This document shows, piece after piece, positions 62,791 to 64,000 of a stretch of 64,000 nucleotides of DNA. Made by a program: the position numbers and the translations under genes. Position 1 is the first letter of the stretch. Each line of letters starts with the position of its first letter. This DNA comes from Cycas panzhihuaensis (taxonomy: Eukaryota > Plantae > Cycadophyta): contig CM041465.1 in assembly GCA_023213395.1 (NCBI GenBank), positions 145,645,741 to 145,709,740 of the forward strand. The letters are read 5' to 3'. Below the pieces are notes generated by a model. That model saw nothing but the letters and a program-made list of their open reading frames with translations. It searched no databases and had not been told where the DNA came from.

Positions 62791-64000
62791 TATAACTTCA
62801 CAATGATGAATAAAGCATTGGAGAGATTTCTTATTACATGCCCATGTCCATCAATTCCTTGGTGATTTTTTTGGAAATAGGAGTTCTTATATGGTCGAAG
62901 ATTAATTAGGTCATATAAATTTTGTAACTCAATAGTGTGATAACAACCTCGATTAGGTGGGGGACTAGCAGGTAATAGAGCAAATATAGATTGGTATGGA
63001 TCCAATACTTGTTGGATGTTAGGGTGAATGCTAGAAGGGCCTGGATATGATTAAGACAAATGATGTATTCGACATTATCGTTGAGTTGTTGGCACATTCG
63101 TATGGATGAGATTACTTTGTTAGGAAGGGCTTTCATCCCATAAAGTCTATGTGAGTGGCCCATGTGATCTTTAAACATAATTAATAGAGTTGTGGGTGAG
63201 TTATTGGTGTTATAAGTTCCTAGGGTTTTGAGCCATTATATGCAAAGAATTGCATCTAACCCACCTAGATTAGAGACAAGGGTATATCAGCTAATGTGAA
63301 CGATGAGGTTTTTAATTATTCCCACACAGTGAAGAGTGTGATGACCAGGTAAAGAGTAGGTGAAGGCTATCTTAGGTTCTATGTAAAGATTCAACTATCG
63401 GGTAATGGATATATTAATGAAATTTAGTGATGCATCGTCGCTAATCAAAATGACAATTTAAAATTTTTGAAGTATTCCTTTGACTCAAAGTTGTTCAGGA
63501 CATGAGGTGGTGGTAACAGTTGATAAAGAAACTTCGGGTTTGAGATTAGGAGCCAACTCATCAATAGAGTGGTTTTTAAATTCATCATCATATTCATGCT
63601 TAGTCTTAGGGTCATCCTCTAAAGATAAGTCACGGTTAATTATAAAGATTATCTTTTTGGCTTTACAGATTCTACCATGACTAAAGGTCCATTTTTTGGA
63701 ATATTGCATACATATACTAGCTTCCTGATGACATTGTACCTTTGATAGAGTGATGTGAATGGACTTTGAGGATGGTTCCTCAATGCGCTACTTGAGAGAT
63801 GTAGATAGCATATCTTCTGGTCATGGACGCGATCATTGGCAATCGGTTGGGTGTGGTCTTTGGGCCCAAGTAGTATCTCATTAATAATCAACTTGTCAGG
63901 ATCGTGGAAACCAAGTGGAGGTTCATCTGAATGGAGGAGGCCTTTCTAAGGAAAATTCTACTTCTACTACTTTAGCCATATTAATTACACCTTTTAGAGT
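62790..64000 (-). mobile_element. Degenerate Gypsy gag-PR-RT N-terminus fragment
   Basis: PPPNRGCYHTIEL...INLRPYKNSY (RT start, 62790-63005); protease-like region 63200-63400. Confidence 0.7.

Noticed and set aside
1-64000. tRNA, rRNA, snRNA genes, telomeric arrays, hammerhead ribozymes, organellar or prokaryotic inserts
   Set aside because: No convincing motifs were found by eye. An Infernal/Rfam scan would be needed to exclude them formally.

Overview
Eukaryotic, AT-rich land-plant nuclear DNA. The TE style and giant TE-filled intron suggest a large-genome non-angiosperm such as a gymnosperm or fern, but that is inference. About 90% of the window is a nested stack of retrotransposons: at least nine Ty1/Copia elements or fragments, three Ty3/Gypsy elements (one non-chromovirus with an extra 3' ORF, two chromodomain-bearing), a full-length L1-type LINE with RNase H and a 14-bp TSD, a solo LTR with TSD, and a degenerate hAT-like MITE. 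Several insertions can be ordered by target-site duplications. The only structurally complete LTR element is a Copia at 13353-19595 (LTRs about 97% identical, TSD CCAGA). No intact host protein-coding gene is visible. Islands of non-TE DNA (about 11.1-13.3 kb, 20.1-20.7 kb, 40.3-42.2 kb) fit one minus-strand spliced transcription unit, either a lncRNA or a pseudogene, with a TATA/CCGAC promoter near 42.1 kb. The most unusual signal is a 320-430 nt block of dense RNA stems with GNRA tetraloops directly upstream of the gag AUG in two long-leader Copia elements, a candidate IRES-like or packaging module. Stems were paired by eye and not computed.
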